Positions 62,904 through 64,000 of a stretch of 64,000 bases of DNA are shown here, piece after piece. The DNA comes from Parvularia atlantis. Lineage: Eukaryota. Within the stretch, counting starts at the first letter, position 1; each line of letters starts with the position of its first letter. The notes under the pieces are model-generated. The model was not told where the DNA came from, did not search any database, and was given only the letters and a program-made list of their open reading frames with translations. The stretch spans positions 1 to 64,000 of the forward strand of contig CALSCO010001524.1 of assembly GCA_943704415.1 (NCBI GenBank), given 5' to 3'. The position numbers and the translations under genes are program-made.

Positions 62904-64000
62904 TCACATCGGCAGGCAGCTCTCGATCAGCCCCGAGCCCGTCCCGGCGCTGCTCAGGGGCCCCTGCCCTTGCTGTTGCTGCTGCTGCTGCCCCCCGGGC
63001 GACGGCGACTGCTGTAGTTCCGGCGACGACGGCTGCTGCGGCCCAAGTGATGATGGCTGCGCTGCGACGGCGGCCGGCACGGGCACGGGGAGCGGCGGCG
63101 ATGGGCTCGGCGCGCGGCGCGAGCCCCGGCCCTCGTCCGTCTCGCGCCCCGCGCTCGGCGGCCCCGCGCTCGGTGGCCCCGCGCTCGGCGGCCCCGCGCT
63201 CGGCGGTGGGCGCACTATCCTCGATACAATGTCGCTGTGCGTGCTCAGCGTGTCAGCACCGCCACGGCCGGGCAGCTGGCGGCGGCGGCGGGCGCACCCG
63301 CTCTCGTCCACCTGCACCGGCGGCGCGATCGGCGCGGGGCGCAGCGGGATGATTGCGATGGCGGGTGCGATGGCGGGTGCGATGGCGGGTGCGGCGGTTG
63401 CTGGCACAGCCGGGGCAGCGGCGACAGCAGCGACGGTTGTCGGCTCGCCCACGATGGACGAGTCAGACGAAGAGACGACCATGAGCGAATTAATCGAGGT
63501 GTTGCTGAGCGTGCGTTCGTCGTCGCCCGATGTTGTCCGTTGCGAGTCCTGCGAGAAGATCCGTGCGAGCGACTCGGGCGGCGGCTTGGCGACGACGTAG
63601 TCGGTAGCGGCGGCGGGCGTGAGCGGGCCCAGCGGCGTCTTGCCGTCGCGCGCGTTGTGCCGCATCATCCCGTCCTGCACCCAGCTGGCCACGTCGACGT
63701 ACAGCGCCGTGTACTTTTGCAGGAAGGCGTGCCTGAGCAGCTCTGCGTACGTCGGCCGCTTGTTGAAGTCCTTCAGCATGCTGCGTTCCGCGTCAGCTGT
63801 TAGTTGCGACTCGCAAGGGCGCGCGCGCGGGCACGCACCACTGCTGGCAGAAATCGATCGCATCGCGCGAGAACCGGTCCGCAGGCAGCGTCGGCGTCTC
63901 GCCGTTGACGATCGCGTTGAGCTGCGAGAAGACGCTGTCAAACTCGCCGTAGGGGAACCCTGTGCGTTGCGGGGCGCAGGCGTGAGCGGGAGAGCCGCGA
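62904..64000 (-). CDS. MAP kinase kinase, Pbs2/Wis1/MKK-like (3' part, 5' end outside window)
   Basis: FPYGEFDSVFSQLNAIVNGETPTLP..FSRDAIDFCQQCMLKDFNKRPTYAELLRHAFL, then a long low-complexity tail ending CLPM. Confidence 0.82.
   Translation of the reverse strand, partial: AALPLTPAPRNAQGSPTASLTASSRSSTRSSTARRRRCLRTGSRAMRSISASSGACPRARPCESQLTADAERSMLKDFNKRPTYAELLRHAFLQKYTALYVDVASWVQDGMMRHNARDGKTPLGPLTPAAATDYVVAKPPPESLARIFSQDSQRTTSGDDERTLSNTSINSLMVVSSSDSSIVGEPTTVAAVAAAPAVPATAAPAIAPAIAPAIAIIPLRPAPIAPPVQVDESGCARRRRQLPGRGGADTLSTHSDIVSRIVRPPPSAGPPSAGPPSAGPPSAGRETDEGRGSRRAPSPSPPLPVPVPAAVAAQPSSLGPQQPSSPELQQSPSPGGQQQQQQQGQGPLSSAGTGSGLIESCLPM
63147..63206 (-). repeat. Coding 15-bp repeat (PPSAG) x4 in the MAP2K tail
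   Basis: Tandem CCCCGCGCTCGGYGG units on the + strand. Confidence 0.85.

Overview
A very GC-rich, very compact eukaryotic window. I read about 28 protein-coding genes on both strands, split by many short spliceosomal introns (mostly 48-70 nt; donor usually GTGCG, branch CT(G/C/A)AC, acceptor usually CAG). Most entries in the ORF track are therefore GC-driven artefacts or intron read-throughs. The gene set mixes fungal-like genes (Dbf2/Sid2 kinase, Pbs2/Wis1-like MAP2K) with animal-like genes (ENTR1/SDCCAG3, AIFM1, INTS9, ACAP, CYP4 clan). This suggests a unicellular opisthokont such as a nucleariid, which is an inference only. Main observations: (1) a box C/D snoRNA candidate with variant C and D boxes and a 13-nt LSU rRNA guide, inside an unusually long intron of beta'-COP; (2) a bacterial-type GH30 beta-1,6-glucanase with a fascin-like beta-trefoil inserted inside its catalytic barrel; (3) at least 14 GC-AG introns, plus one apparent GT-AT intron and one GAG acceptor; (4) recurring short motifs in the tiny intergenic spacers, (T)CAGTT shortly before ATGs and palindromic TGTACA shortly after stops, with divergent start codons as close as 23-26 nt; (5) a MAPK phosphatase next to a MAP2K, with CRE and E-box motifs upstream; (6) an intronless O-fucosyltransferase-like ORF with no ATG before its signal anchor, and a 1-nt frameshift in a Nudix gene. 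All identifications come from reading motifs by eye. No database searches were run.
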